The notes: generated by a model from the letters alone, not told the origin. Positions 34,240 through 44,578 are shown, counted from the stretch's first letter. The stretch is DNA of 64,000 bases from an uncultured SAR116 cluster alpha proteobacterium (GCA_902622745.1 CACNQW010000004.1:6326-70325), one strand, 5' to 3'. Program-made: numbers and translations.

Positions 34240-35847
34240 ATGGAAGCATTTTCAAAATTTAAATTTCGAAATTTCACCTCTCCTAGTAAATCACATGCGA
34301 TTTCAAAAGAAGGAATTGTTGCTAGCTCACATCCGTTATCAAGTCAATTAGGATTAGATTTGTTAAAAGACGGAGCAAATGCTGTGGATGTTGCAATTGC
34401 TATGTCAATTATTTTATGTTTTGCAGAACCACACATGACAGGCATAGGTGGAGATTGTTTTGCATTAATATCAAAATCTGGAAATACGAAAGATATAAAA
34501 GTTTTAAACTCATCAGGTTATGCTGGTAGAAATTATAATCTAAAGTATTTTTTAGACAAAAACATAACAACTATTGAACCATTTTCGTCGCACGCAGTAA
34601 CAATTCCAGGTGCTATTGCTGGATGGAAAGAACTACATGACAAATATGGGTTTTTAAAATGGAAGGATATATTTAATATTGCAATTGATGTTGTTAAAGA
34701 CGGTGTTTTAGTTAACGAAAGAGTATCTCAAGACTGGAAAAGAAATGAAAAAAAACTTTTAAAAAATAATGAGACACAAAAAATCTTTACTAAAGATCAT
34801 TTATCTTACCAACACTTAGACAATTTCAAAAATAATGATTTGCTAAACACAATTAAATTCATTGCTGAGGAAGGTAAAAATGGGTTTTATCAAGGATCAA
34901 TTGCAGATAATATTGTAAGCACATTAAATGATTTAGGAGGCCTTCATACATCTGAAGATTTTTTAAAATATGAGCCAATTTGGGAAGATCCTATTAAATT
35001 TGATTATAATGGTTTTACAATTTATGAGGCCCCACCAAATGGTCAAGGAATTGTAGTTTTTTTTATTTTAGAATTACTAAAACAATTTGATATGCAAAAC
35101 TTATCAAAATCAGATTATTATCATATTTATGTTGAATCAGTAAAAATAGCATATTCCTTAAGAGATAAGTTTCTTGGTGATCCAAAGTACCAAAAATTAG
35201 ATTTAATGAATTTAATACAAGAAAATATTATTAAAAATTATGCTAAAAAAATTAATCTAGATAATGCTAGTGATATAGAAATTTCTGACTTTCCAGAGCA
35301 TAAAGATACAATTTATTTAACAGTAAAAGATAAAAATGGGATGATAATTTCATTTATAAATTCTTTGTTTGATCAATTTGGAAGTGGAATTACAGTTCCA
35401 CAAACTGGGATCTTATTACATTGTAGAGGAAAGAGTTTTTCGTTAAAGGATAATCATCCAAATCAAATATCTGGAAGAAAAAGGCCCTTGCATACAATTA
35501 TCCCTGGAATGATTGGAAGAAATGATGACGTTGTAGGTTCATTTGGTATCATGGGAGGACATTATCAAGCAGCAGGACATGCGTTTATTTTGTCTCAAAT
35601 TTTAGATTTTCATTTGAGCCCACAATGCGCTCTAGATTTGCCACGAGTTTTTCCAAATAATGGAATACTTGATATCGAAGAAAACTTTAACTTAGATTTG
35701 ATTGCAGAACTTAAAAATAAAGGTCATAAAATTAATTATCCTGCACTTCCAATTGGAGGTGGTCAAATAATTGTCAATGATATTGATAAAGGCATATCTT
35801 TAGGTGCTAGCGATTGGAGAAAAGATGGTATTGCATTAGGTGTCTAA
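34240..35847 (+). CDS. ggt: gamma-glutamyltranspeptidase-family protein (no obvious signal peptide)
   Basis: GGDCFALI, putative autoprocessing nucleophile context HKDTIYLTVKD, PLHTIIPGM, GIMGGHYQ. The N-terminus lacks a hydrophobic signal sequence. Confidence 0.85.
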   Translation: MEAFSKFKFRNFTSPSKSHAISKEGIVASSHPLSSQLGLDLLKDGANAVDVAIAMSIILCFAEPHMTGIGGDCFALISKSGNTKDIKVLNSSGYAGRNYNLKYFLDKNITTIEPFSSHAVTIPGAIAGWKELHDKYGFLKWKDIFNIAIDVVKDGVLVNERVSQDWKRNEKKLLKNNETQKIFTKDHLSYQHLDNFKNNDLLNTIKFIAEEGKNGFYQGSIADNIVSTLNDLGGLHTSEDFLKYEPIWEDPIKFDYNGFTIYEAPPNGQGIVVFFILELLKQFDMQNLSKSDYYHIYVESVKIAYSLRDKFLGDPKYQKLDLMNLIQENIIKNYAKKINLDNASDIEISDFPEHKDTIYLTVKDKNGMIISFINSLFDQFGSGITVPQTGILLHCRGKSFSLKDNHPNQISGRKRPLHTIIPGMIGRNDDVVGSFGIMGGHYQAAGHAFILSQILDFHLSPQCALDLPRVFPNNGILDIEENFNLDLIAELKNKGHKINYPALPIGGGQIIVNDIDKGISLGASDWRKDGIALGV

Positions 35848-35865
35848 AAAATATAAAGGTAATGT

Positions 35866-36546
35866 ATGCAAACATTAAATTTCACTGATAAAAAAACAAT
35901 ATCGGAATTGACCGCTAAAATGCTCTTTGAAATTGATGCAGTTCACTTTAGAAGTGACAAGCCATTTATATTTACTTCTGGAACTGCTAGTCCCGTCTAC
36001 ATTGACTGCAGAAAGATAATTTCATACCCAAGAGTAAGGAGTACTTTAATGGATTTTGGCGCTTCTGTGCTTGCAAAGAATGTCGGCTTTGAACAATTTG
36101 ATGCTGTTGCAGGAGGTGAAACTGCTGGAATACCTTTTGCTGCATTTATAGCGGAGAGACTTAGTTTACCAATGCAATATGTCAGAAAAAAACCAAAAGG
36201 TTTTGGAAGAGATGCATTAATTGAGGGAGATATAAAAGAAGGACAAAGAATTCTTCTAGTAGAAGATCTTACAACTGATGGGGGAAGTAAGCTTAATTTT
36301 GCGAATGCAATCAGAAAAGCAGGTGCAATTGTAAATCATACATTTGTTATATTTTATTATGATATTTTTAAAGATACTATATCTTCACTTCAAAAGAATT
36401 CATTACATTTACATTATCTTGCAACTTGGTGGGATGTTTTAAACTGTGCAAAAGAATTAAATAAATTTGATCAAAAAACATTACAAGCCGTAGAAAACTT
36501 TTTAAACAATCCTAAAGATTGGTCTAAAGAAAATGGTGGAAAATAA
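35866..36546 (+). CDS. pyrE: orotate phosphoribosyltransferase
   Basis: [15 protein letters not shown] and the PRPP-binding motif [13 protein letters not shown]. Confidence 0.9.
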   Translation: MQTLNFTDKKTISELTAKMLFEIDAVHFRSDKPFIFTSGTASPVYIDCRKIISYPRVRSTLMDFGASVLAKNVGFEQFDAVAGGETAGIPFAAFIAERLSLPMQYVRKKPKGFGRDALIEGDIKEGQRILLVEDLTTDGGSKLNFANAIRKAGAIVNHTFVIFYYDIFKDTISSLQKNSLHLHYLATWWDVLNCAKELNKFDQKTLQAVENFLNNPKDWSKENGGK

Positions 36547-37470
36547 TTAATTATTTTTATTTATTTTCATTTCTCTTAATGTAATGAATAAGCAAGATGC
36601 CAAAATAAAGATACCTCCAATTATTTGACTCTGACTAGGAACTTCTTTCCAAATGATATAACCAAAAATACCTGCTAAAGGAATAGCAATATATCTAAGT
36701 GTTACGAGAATTGTCGCATCAGCATATTTGTAACTTGTTGTCATAAAATATTGCACAAATGACCCAATGAACCCTAATAACAATAAAGTATACAATAGAT
36801 AATTTGGTTCAAATAATATTTCTGTCCCAAAAACACCTTTTTGACCAATTATACTTGAACCAAATATGATTATTCCAGAAACAACAAAAAAAGAAGTAAT
36901 ACAGTTATGAATTAATGCGGTAGTAGTAGGATGTTCAGTTTTACCTAATTTTCTTAAAATTAAAGCAAGACCCGCGTGAGTTAATGCACTTATAGTTGCC
37001 ATAGTTAAACCTATGGGAGATAAGTCATTTGTTCCATTAATAATTCCAATGGGATTAGTCATCAAGTAAACTCCCAATAAACCAACTAAAACAGCTATCC
37101 ATCTTTTAATACCAATTTTTTCTCCTAAAATGATAGGAGCTAAAATTGTTACAAAAATTGCAGAACTTTGAGCAAGTGCCGTTACTAAGCCTATTGGTAT
37201 TAGCTGAAGAGATAAGAACACTAAAAGCATAGTGGTTAATCCAAAAACAGATCTTAATAAAACGTAAAACCAGTTGTTAATTTGTAAAAAGTGATTTTTT
37301 CTTGCAATAATTGCAAAGATAAATAAGAGAGGTAAAGAAAAAACAAAACGACCAAACAAAATCATTAAAAAATCTACATCATAAGTCAAATCTTTAACCA
37401 TCATGTGTGTGATAAGAGCTAATACTATTCCAACTAAACCAATTAAAGAACCAAGGAGATTATTTGTCAT
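36547..37470 (-). CDS. DMT/EamA-family membrane permease (substrate unknown)
   Basis: 307 aa with about 10 TM helices and a two-fold EamA-like repeat. Confidence 0.6.
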   Translation of the reverse strand: MTNNLLGSLIGLVGIVLALITHMMVKDLTYDVDFLMILFGRFVFSLPLLFIFAIIARKNHFLQINNWFYVLLRSVFGLTTMLLVFLSLQLIPIGLVTALAQSSAIFVTILAPIILGEKIGIKRWIAVLVGLLGVYLMTNPIGIINGTNDLSPIGLTMATISALTHAGLALILRKLGKTEHPTTTALIHNCITSFFVVSGIIIFGSSIIGQKGVFGTEILFEPNYLLYTLLLLGFIGSFVQYFMTTSYKYADATILVTLRYIAIPLAGIFGYIIWKEVPSQSQIIGGIFILASCLFITLREMKINKNN

Positions 37471-37533
37471 AAATTATTTGAATATAAATTTAATTTTATT
37501 ATTATTTATTCAAAGTAATTCAAAATAAAAATT

Positions 37534-39006
37534 ATGTCCAAAAAACTTATTATTGTAGGGTCAGGCAATGCTGCTTTGTGTGCAGGAATTTCTGCACTAG
37601 AAAAAGGAGCAACTGTAAAAATTTTAGAAAAAGCAAATGAGTACTTGGCTGGTGGAAATACAAAGTATACTGCAGGTGCTATGAGGTTTGTATACAATAA
37701 CGGCGAAGAATTAAAACCATTGTTAAAAGATCCAAATGACCCAAAATTAGAGAAAACTAATTTCGGTCAATATACAAAAGAGAAGTTCTCTGAAGATCTG
37801 CTAAATTTTAATGATGGAAAACCTCTCACCATTGAACAAAAGACTCTGATTAATGAATCCTATGAAACTATGAAATGGTTATCATCTCATGATGTAAAAT
37901 TTGAACCAATATATCAAAGGCAAAGTTTTGAAAAAGATGGAAAGTTTATTTTTTGGGGCGGATTAACTTTAGCTTCAAAAAATGAAGGTGTAGGATTATT
38001 TGATCAAGAATTAGAAGCCTTTAAAAAACTTGGTGGTGAAATAGAATATGAAACTCCTGTCACTGAACTTATCAAAGAAGAAGGAAAAATAATAGGTGTA
38101 AAAACTAAAGAACATAATTTTATTGCTGATGCAGTTATTTTAGCATCAGGTGGATTTGAGGCTGATAAAGAAATGAGATCAAAGTATTTAGGAGATCATT
38201 GGGGTGTTGCTAAAGTAAGAGGCACACCAAACAATACAGGTGATGGATTGAAAATGGCTATGGATTTAGGAGCTGCTCTTAATGGACAATTTGGTTCTTG
38301 CCATGCAACACCAATGGATCTACATATGAAAGATTTTGGTAATTTAGATTTAGAACCAGGCGAAAGAAAAAAATATAGGAAAATATGTTATTTTCTTGGG
38401 ATTATGATTAATGCAGATGGAAAAAGGTTTTTAGATGAAGGAAAAAATTTTAGAAATTATACTTATGCTCAATATGGAGCTCGGGTTTTAGAACAACCTG
38501 GACATTTTGCATGGCAGATTTTTGATGAAAAAGTTAAACATTTACTTTATGACGAGTATTTTTTTGAAGATGCACATTATGTAGAAGCAAACACTCTAGA
38601 AGAATTAATAAAGAAAATGGATGGTGTTAATTTTAAAAAATGTTTGTCTACAGTGAAAGAGTTTAACAAGTCTTGTAAATCCAACAGAAATTTTGATCCC
38701 ACTATTCTTGATGGAAGAAAAACAATAGACCTCGATATACCAAAATCAAATTGGGCGCTTGCCTTAGATAAGCCACCTTATCGAGCATATCCTGTAACTG
38801 GAGGTATAACATTCACATATGGTGGATTAAAAATTTCTAAGAATGGAAATGTTTTAGACCAAAATAACCAAAATGTTCAAGGACTCTATGCCTGTGGTGA
38901 ATTAGTTGGTGGCGTATTCTTAAATGGTTATCCTGGTGGTTCTGGCTTAACTTCTGGTGCAGTGTTTGGAAGAAAAGCTGGAAGTGCTGCAGCCCTAGGT
39001 TTGTAA
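37534..39006 (+). CDS. FAD-binding dehydrogenase, tricarballylate dehydrogenase (TcuA)/fumarate-reductase-flavoprotein-like
   Basis: IIVGSGNAALCAGISALEKGATV FAD motif. C-terminal GLYACGELVGG...GGSGLTSGAVFGRKAG, typical of the FAD_binding_2 family. Confidence 0.8.
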   Translation: MSKKLIIVGSGNAALCAGISALEKGATVKILEKANEYLAGGNTKYTAGAMRFVYNNGEELKPLLKDPNDPKLEKTNFGQYTKEKFSEDLLNFNDGKPLTIEQKTLINESYETMKWLSSHDVKFEPIYQRQSFEKDGKFIFWGGLTLASKNEGVGLFDQELEAFKKLGGEIEYETPVTELIKEEGKIIGVKTKEHNFIADAVILASGGFEADKEMRSKYLGDHWGVAKVRGTPNNTGDGLKMAMDLGAALNGQFGSCHATPMDLHMKDFGNLDLEPGERKKYRKICYFLGIMINADGKRFLDEGKNFRNYTYAQYGARVLEQPGHFAWQIFDEKVKHLLYDEYFFEDAHYVEANTLEELIKKMDGVNFKKCLSTVKEFNKSCKSNRNFDPTILDGRKTIDLDIPKSNWALALDKPPYRAYPVTGGITFTYGGLKISKNGNVLDQNNQNVQGLYACGELVGGVFLNGYPGGSGLTSGAVFGRKAGSAAALGL

Positions 39007-39007
39007 A

Positions 39008-39967
39008 ATGCTAAAAGTTGCAGTTTTAGATGATTATCAGAATGTAACAAAAAAATTTGGCAATTGGTCTGAATTAGACGGTAAAATTAACTTAAAAATT
39101 TTTAATAAATACTTTGATGATACAACTGAATTAGTGAAGCATTTATCAGATTTTGATGTTTTATGTTTAATGAGAGAAAGGACATTATTGAGTTCAAGTA
39201 TAATTAATCAATTACCCAAGCTAAAATTAGTTATAACAACTGGGATGTGGAATCCTTCTGTCGATATAAATTCTCTAAATAAAAGAAAAATTGTTTTTTG
39301 TGGAACTGATAATCGAATAGAATCTACAGCTGAACTTTCTTGGTTATTAACACAAGTAGTTTGGAGAAATATTTCTCAAGAGTTTATAAATATGAAAAAT
39401 GGTGATTGGCAAACATCTATAGGAAGAACACTTTATGGAAAAACATTAGGAATTTTTGGTTTAGGAAAACAAGGTAAGCAAGTTGCTAGATTTGGGAAAG
39501 CTTTTGGAATGAATGTAATTGCTTGGAGTCATAATCTGACTAAAGAGATTTGTGATTTAGAAAACGTAACTTTAGTATCTTCAGATGAAATGTTTAAATT
39601 TTCTGATGTATTATCAATTCATACTAAATTATCAGAAAGAACTAAAGGGTATATAGATTTTTCGAAAATTAACATGATGAAGAAAACATCAATAATTATC
39701 AATACAAGTAGAGGCCCTATCATTAACGAAAAGGATTTAATTTATTCTATTAAATATCATTCTATTTCAGGAGTAGGTCTAGATGTTTACGATGTTGAAC
39801 CTTTGCCAGAAAAGCATGAGTTTCGAGAATTATCGAACAATTATAATGTTGTTTTAACCCCTCACCTTGGTTATGTTTCCTCAGAGACCTATGAAAAATT
39901 TCATCAAGGATATGTTGATGCAATAGCAGCTTATTTAAATGGGAGCCCTATAAACTTGCTCAATTAA
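39008..39967 (+). CDS. D-isomer-specific 2-hydroxyacid dehydrogenase family protein
   Basis: GIFGLGKQGKQVARFGKAFGM NAD motif, NTSRGPII, LTPHLGY catalytic His context. Confidence 0.88.
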   Translation: MLKVAVLDDYQNVTKKFGNWSELDGKINLKIFNKYFDDTTELVKHLSDFDVLCLMRERTLLSSSIINQLPKLKLVITTGMWNPSVDINSLNKRKIVFCGTDNRIESTAELSWLLTQVVWRNISQEFINMKNGDWQTSIGRTLYGKTLGIFGLGKQGKQVARFGKAFGMNVIAWSHNLTKEICDLENVTLVSSDEMFKFSDVLSIHTKLSERTKGYIDFSKINMMKKTSIIINTSRGPIINEKDLIYSIKYHSISGVGLDVYDVEPLPEKHEFRELSNNYNVVLTPHLGYVSSETYEKFHQGYVDAIAAYLNGSPINLLN

Positions 39968-40703
39968 TTTTCCAATTATCTATCAACCAATCTGGGCACT
40001 TTACTTGTTTATATATTTTTTTATAAAATTTATTCTTAGGTACGGGCCACTTTTCATTCAATACATCTTCTGGGTCAGGTTTTCCAGTAAACGCAACTAC
40101 ACTCGTATCACTTGGCAAACTCGCAGGTTTAAATATTCTAATTGGCCACTTTGGTAGCAAGTTATGTTTAAAACTTTTACACCAATTTCGAGGCCAAAAA
40201 TTTTGTTCTTTAATTGTTTTACTTATATAAACTTGTTCGATATGATATTTTTCCCAAAGTAAGTGTGAATTTTTCTCAAACTCTTCAAAAATATATTTGT
40301 GTTTTTTTACAGGAAATCTAAAACAGCTTGTGTTTCCAATATTTTTTCCTATTTGCGTCCAGTTTTCAATTACACAGAAAGTTCCTGGCTTGAAAGAAAA
40401 AAACTTATCTAAGTTATTGGTTATTACTAAATCTAAATCTAAAAATAAAATATCACCATCAAGATCAAATAAAGGGTATTGCCAAATGCTCAGTTTTCTC
40501 CAAGGTGTTTTAGATATTTCTCTAGGAATATTAATTTTTGGTAAAGCTCGACATAAGACACTATTTGAAATATTACTATCATCATCAGTGAAACAGATAA
40601 GTTTAGTAGGTTTTAAAGTATGTTTTTGGATAGCTTCATAAAGGTTATTAACGTAGTTATAATTATAACGTGTACCCCATTTCATGCATATTATAGTTTG
40701 CAA
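39960..40703 (-). CDS. hypothetical protein, possible GT-A-fold nucleotide-sugar transferase
   Basis: 247 aa. N-terminal ICMKWGTRYNYNYVNNLY and a DxD-like ILFLDLDLVI. It is adjacent and divergent to a GT4 glycosyltransferase. The family assignment is tentative. Confidence 0.4.
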   Translation of the reverse strand: MQTIICMKWGTRYNYNYVNNLYEAIQKHTLKPTKLICFTDDDSNISNSVLCRALPKINIPREISKTPWRKLSIWQYPLFDLDGDILFLDLDLVITNNLDKFFSFKPGTFCVIENWTQIGKNIGNTSCFRFPVKKHKYIFEEFEKNSHLLWEKYHIEQVYISKTIKEQNFWPRNWCKSFKHNLLPKWPIRIFKPASLPSDTSVVAFTGKPDPEDVLNEKWPVPKNKFYKKIYKQVKCPDWLIDNWKIN

Positions 40704-40750
40704 TTTTAAAATATACCTTTAATTTTTTATTCTTTAAATAATTTATAATA

Positions 40751-41848
40751 ATGAAAATAAATATATTACTACCATATAAAGAAAAATTTACAAAGAATGA
40801 AGCTTCATCTGTAAGTATAACTGTATCCAATAATTTAGAATACAGTAAATACCAAAGTAGCGTAAGTATCTTTGGGCAGTTTGTTGAGAAGCCAATGTTT
40901 AAAAAAAATTTTAATGGTATAAAAAAACCCTTGAATTTTTTTAAGAAAAAAAATCTTCATATAGCTCTAGAAATGTGCAAAAAAATTAATAATGAAAATG
41001 ATGAAAATACAATCATAGAAATTCATAACAGGCCATATTTAATCAACAAAATCAAATCAAAGTTAAAAAAATCTCAAATACTCACTCATTTTTTCCATAA
41101 TGATCCATTACAAATGAAAGGCTCTAAATCAATTACTGAAAGAAAAAATCTTCTTTTAAATTTAGATAAAATTTATTGTGTAAGTGAATACATAAAAAAT
41201 AGGTTTTTAATAGGAATTTCAAAAAATCACGCAAAAGTAGTTGTTTTACATAATGGAGTAAAAAGAACGCATAGAGAGTTCCCCAAGAAAAAGAAACTTG
41301 TAATTTTTGTTGGAAGAATTGTTGAAGAAAAGGGAGTTCACTTATTTGCAAATGCTATTAAAGAAATTTACAATTTATTTGAAAAATGGGAATTTAGAAT
41401 CATTGGATCACCAAGATTAGGTATTAATACTTTCGACAATTATTCAAAAACAATTAAAAATGATTTTGAAAGATTAGGAAAACGAGCAAAGATGATTGGT
41501 TTTATTGATTCAACAAATTTAAATCAAATAGTAAGTAAATCATCTATAATTGTAATACCATCAACATGGCAAGAACCCTTTGGCTTAGTAGCTGCCGAAG
41601 CAATGTCTCATGGAACAGCGATAATTGCTTCAAATGTTGGTGGACTTCCTGAAATAATTAAAAAACATGGAATTTTAATAAACAAGATTAATGCAGAAAA
41701 AATATCTAACAAATTAAAAGAATTAATGAAGAATGAAAATTTATTAAAGTCTTACCAAAAAAAATCTTGGCATAATTTTATACTTAATTCAAAAAGAATC
41801 TCTTTTATTTTAGATAAACATAGAAAAGAATTATTTTTTAAAAATTGA
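40751..41848 (+). CDS. glycosyltransferase family 4 (GT-B, group 1)
   Basis: C-terminal EPFGLVAAEAMSHGTAIIASNVGGLPEII is the GT4 E-x7-E-type nucleotide-sugar binding motif. FVGRIVEEKGV precedes it. Confidence 0.88.
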   Translation: MKINILLPYKEKFTKNEASSVSITVSNNLEYSKYQSSVSIFGQFVEKPMFKKNFNGIKKPLNFFKKKNLHIALEMCKKINNENDENTIIEIHNRPYLINKIKSKLKKSQILTHFFHNDPLQMKGSKSITERKNLLLNLDKIYCVSEYIKNRFLIGISKNHAKVVVLHNGVKRTHREFPKKKKLVIFVGRIVEEKGVHLFANAIKEIYNLFEKWEFRIIGSPRLGINTFDNYSKTIKNDFERLGKRAKMIGFIDSTNLNQIVSKSSIIVIPSTWQEPFGLVAAEAMSHGTAIIASNVGGLPEIIKKHGILINKINAEKISNKLKELMKNENLLKSYQKKSWHNFILNSKRISFILDKHRKELFFKN

Positions 41849-43129
41849 CTTATAATCTTGTATCTGTGCTATGCAAAATCCAATTGGAAACCAAATAAAT
41901 AGATTTCCCCATTGGCCAAAAAAACTCCCAGTTTGTTGAAGTGGAAAGAAAAATGCTAAGGGGATGATATATGAAATTGAAATCATTGGACATTGAGGGA
42001 TATTCTTTCTTCCACAAAAACAGGTATAAAAAATAAAATAAAACATCAAAGTACCAAATATTAATCCAATAATACCTGTTTCTGCAAATAATTGTATGTA
42101 AAAATTATGTGGATGATTTCCACAATAATTTTTACCTGGAAGCCAACTAGTATCTTGTTCTAACATTTTACTACAATGTTTTCTAGAACTAGAAGGCCCT
42201 AATCCTAAAATTGGTTTTTGCAAACCTTGTTGAATACCTGACCTCCAAGCACCCCAATAAGGGTTATCATCAGTTATATTTATTATAGGAATAGATTTAA
42301 AAAAATGATTTGTATATCTATCAACTATTTTTTTATTAAAACTTAAAACTAAAAAATATGAAGTAGTTAAAAATATAAGTAAAACGAAAAAGGATTTAAT
42401 TATTCTAAATTTTTTAACATTTGTAGAAAAAATACATAATATACCACTAAAAAATCTAATTAAAAAATTTCCTCTCTCTCCTGACATAAAAATCAAAAAG
42501 AGACTTAATAAAACTGAAAATAAACTCAAAATTGAATTTTTATTGAAATTATTAATCATAGTATAAATTAATACACAAAATATAGGAAGAGATACTTTTG
42601 CTAAATAGCTTCCTGGAACTAAATCACCGTAGGGCCATGTTAATCTTTCTTTTGGACCTTCAACTAAAATTTCTAGTATTAAAATAAAGCACATAAGAAT
42701 CATGCCAATAAAAATTGAAATAAACATTGTGATCCGTATATCTCTATCTTGACCTAACCATACCTGTGCAGCTGCTACATATATAGGAAATCTTATCCAA
42801 ACAAAACCTTGAAAAAAAGAGTATGAATCGTAAGGTCCTGAGAGTGCCGCTAGTAAACTTATTATCCAAAGTAGAAAGGCAAATATAAACCATAATTGAC
42901 CAGACCAACGCCAATCTTTTTTTATGTAACATCTGAACAAAAATGCTATTGAAATCGAAGTAAGCCATAAGTCCGCTGGATCTCTTTCTATTAAATAAAT
43001 AAATGGTCCTAAAATCCATAAGTAAGTCATGAACTTATGAAATTTTGGCAATGCTTTAATTTTTTTTACGCCATTAAAAAAACCTTTTTTGAAATCAAAT
43101 TCAATTTTTTGATAATTATTCATTTGCAA
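41831..43129 (-). CDS. O-antigen ligase/polymerase-like (Wzy_C domain) membrane protein
   Basis: 432 aa, polytopic with at least 10 TM helices. The periplasmic loop with GNHPHNFYIQLFAETGIIG resembles the WaaL/Wzy_C motif. Confidence 0.75.
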   Translation of the reverse strand: MQMNNYQKIEFDFKKGFFNGVKKIKALPKFHKFMTYLWILGPFIYLIERDPADLWLTSISIAFLFRCYIKKDWRWSGQLWFIFAFLLWIISLLAALSGPYDSYSFFQGFVWIRFPIYVAAAQVWLGQDRDIRITMFISIFIGMILMCFILILEILVEGPKERLTWPYGDLVPGSYLAKVSLPIFCVLIYTMINNFNKNSILSLFSVLLSLFLIFMSGERGNFLIRFFSGILCIFSTNVKKFRIIKSFFVLLIFLTTSYFLVLSFNKKIVDRYTNHFFKSIPIINITDDNPYWGAWRSGIQQGLQKPILGLGPSSSRKHCSKMLEQDTSWLPGKNYCGNHPHNFYIQLFAETGIIGLIFGTLMFYFIFYTCFCGRKNIPQCPMISISYIIPLAFFFPLQQTGSFFGQWGNLFIWFPIGFCIAQIQDYKSIFKK

Positions 43130-43135
43130 TTAAGA

Positions 43136-44503
43136 TTAACTAAATATTTTTACTTTATTTTTCAAATATATTAAGATTAATAATGACGGAATTACCATTA
43201 AAGCAGTTATTATAAAGAACACCCCCCAGTCACCTTCTAAGTAATCTACAATATTCCCTGACGAAGAAGCAAGTGTTGTTCTTCCAATTGTACCAATGGA
43301 AGCTAATAAAGCATATTGAGTAGCTGTATATTTTCTATTTACTAAAATAGAGATGAAAGCCACGAAAGCCACTGTTGCAAAAGCAGCAGCTATGTCATCC
43401 AATATTACAGCTATAGAAAAGATAAAATAATTTTTTCCTATCCAATATAAAATTGAAAATAAAATATTTGTTACTGCCATAAAAAGTCCAGCTATTAAAA
43501 CTGCTCTAAATAAGCCCAGTTTAATTGTAAAAACACCCCCTAAGAACGTAAATAGTATTGTGGTTATCCAACCTAACCCTTTTGAAAAAATACCAATGTC
43601 AGCCTTTGAAAATCCAATTTCTTTATAAAAAATTATTGACATTCTTCCAAGAAAAGCTTCACCAATTTTAAAAAGAAAAATAAATGATAATATCCCTAAA
43701 CTTATAGAAAGACCATTTTGTTTAAAAAAAGAATATATTGGGGCAACTAATGTTGAATAAACCCATGAAAAAATTTTTTTAATTTTATAATAATTATTTA
43801 GAAATACGTATTTTTTTGATGTAAACTTTAATTCAATCGTTTTATTACTAAAAGCTCTTTCATTGATTGTTAATAAAAAATAATTGAATATATTTATAAT
43901 GAAGAATAAGAAAAAAAAAGTAATTTGCCAGTAATTGTCATACCCTTGTTTATCAAAAAAGTCTGATATTGATAAAGATAATAAACCTCCAAGTTTAAAA
44001 CCAGTCCACCATCCAATTACAGCCATTGAAGCGCCAGCAGCCATAATGTTTTTTTCATGGATTTTTATTTGCTCAATCCTTAGAGCATCAATAGTGATAT
44101 CTTGTGTTGATGAAAAAATAGCAATCAATAAACCAATAAAGATTATTAAAAATAAATTCTCATTTGGATTTAAAAAAGACCAAATCAATAAAGCAATACC
44201 AATTAACAATTGCATTAAAAAAATCCATGATTTTCTATGGCCAATTTTGTTTGATAAATATGGTATTTTTAATTTATCAATTAATGGAGCCCATAGATAA
44301 TTGATTGCGTATACAGCAAAAATTAAACCTGCCCAGCCTACCGCACTTCTACTTAATCCGGCTTCTTTAAGCCACAAACTTAAGCTTGAACCAATTATTA
44401 CCCATGGAAATCCACTAATACATCCAAGGAGAAAAATTTTAAACATTCTTCTTTCTAAAAAAACTTTTAGACTGTTATAATTATTTTCTTTTAAGATTTT
44501 CAT
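43136..44503 (-). CDS. ampG: AmpG-family muropeptide MFS permease
   Basis: The N-terminal region LLGCISGFPWVIIGSSLSLWLKEAGLSRSAVGWAGLIFAVYAINYLWAPLIDK closely follows the AmpG consensus. 455 aa and polytopic. Confidence 0.85.
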   Translation of the reverse strand: MKILKENNYNSLKVFLERRMFKIFLLGCISGFPWVIIGSSLSLWLKEAGLSRSAVGWAGLIFAVYAINYLWAPLIDKLKIPYLSNKIGHRKSWIFLMQLLIGIALLIWSFLNPNENLFLIIFIGLLIAIFSSTQDITIDALRIEQIKIHEKNIMAAGASMAVIGWWTGFKLGGLLSLSISDFFDKQGYDNYWQITFFFLFFIINIFNYFLLTINERAFSNKTIELKFTSKKYVFLNNYYKIKKIFSWVYSTLVAPIYSFFKQNGLSISLGILSFIFLFKIGEAFLGRMSIIFYKEIGFSKADIGIFSKGLGWITTILFTFLGGVFTIKLGLFRAVLIAGLFMAVTNILFSILYWIGKNYFIFSIAVILDDIAAAFATVAFVAFISILVNRKYTATQYALLASIGTIGRTTLASSSGNIVDYLEGDWGVFFIITALMVIPSLLILIYLKNKVKIFS

Positions 44504-44578
44504 TTTATTAATTCAGTAAGTTATTTTATAATATATTCTATAATAAATATCTAAAGTAAATTTAAATTCCAAAAACTA

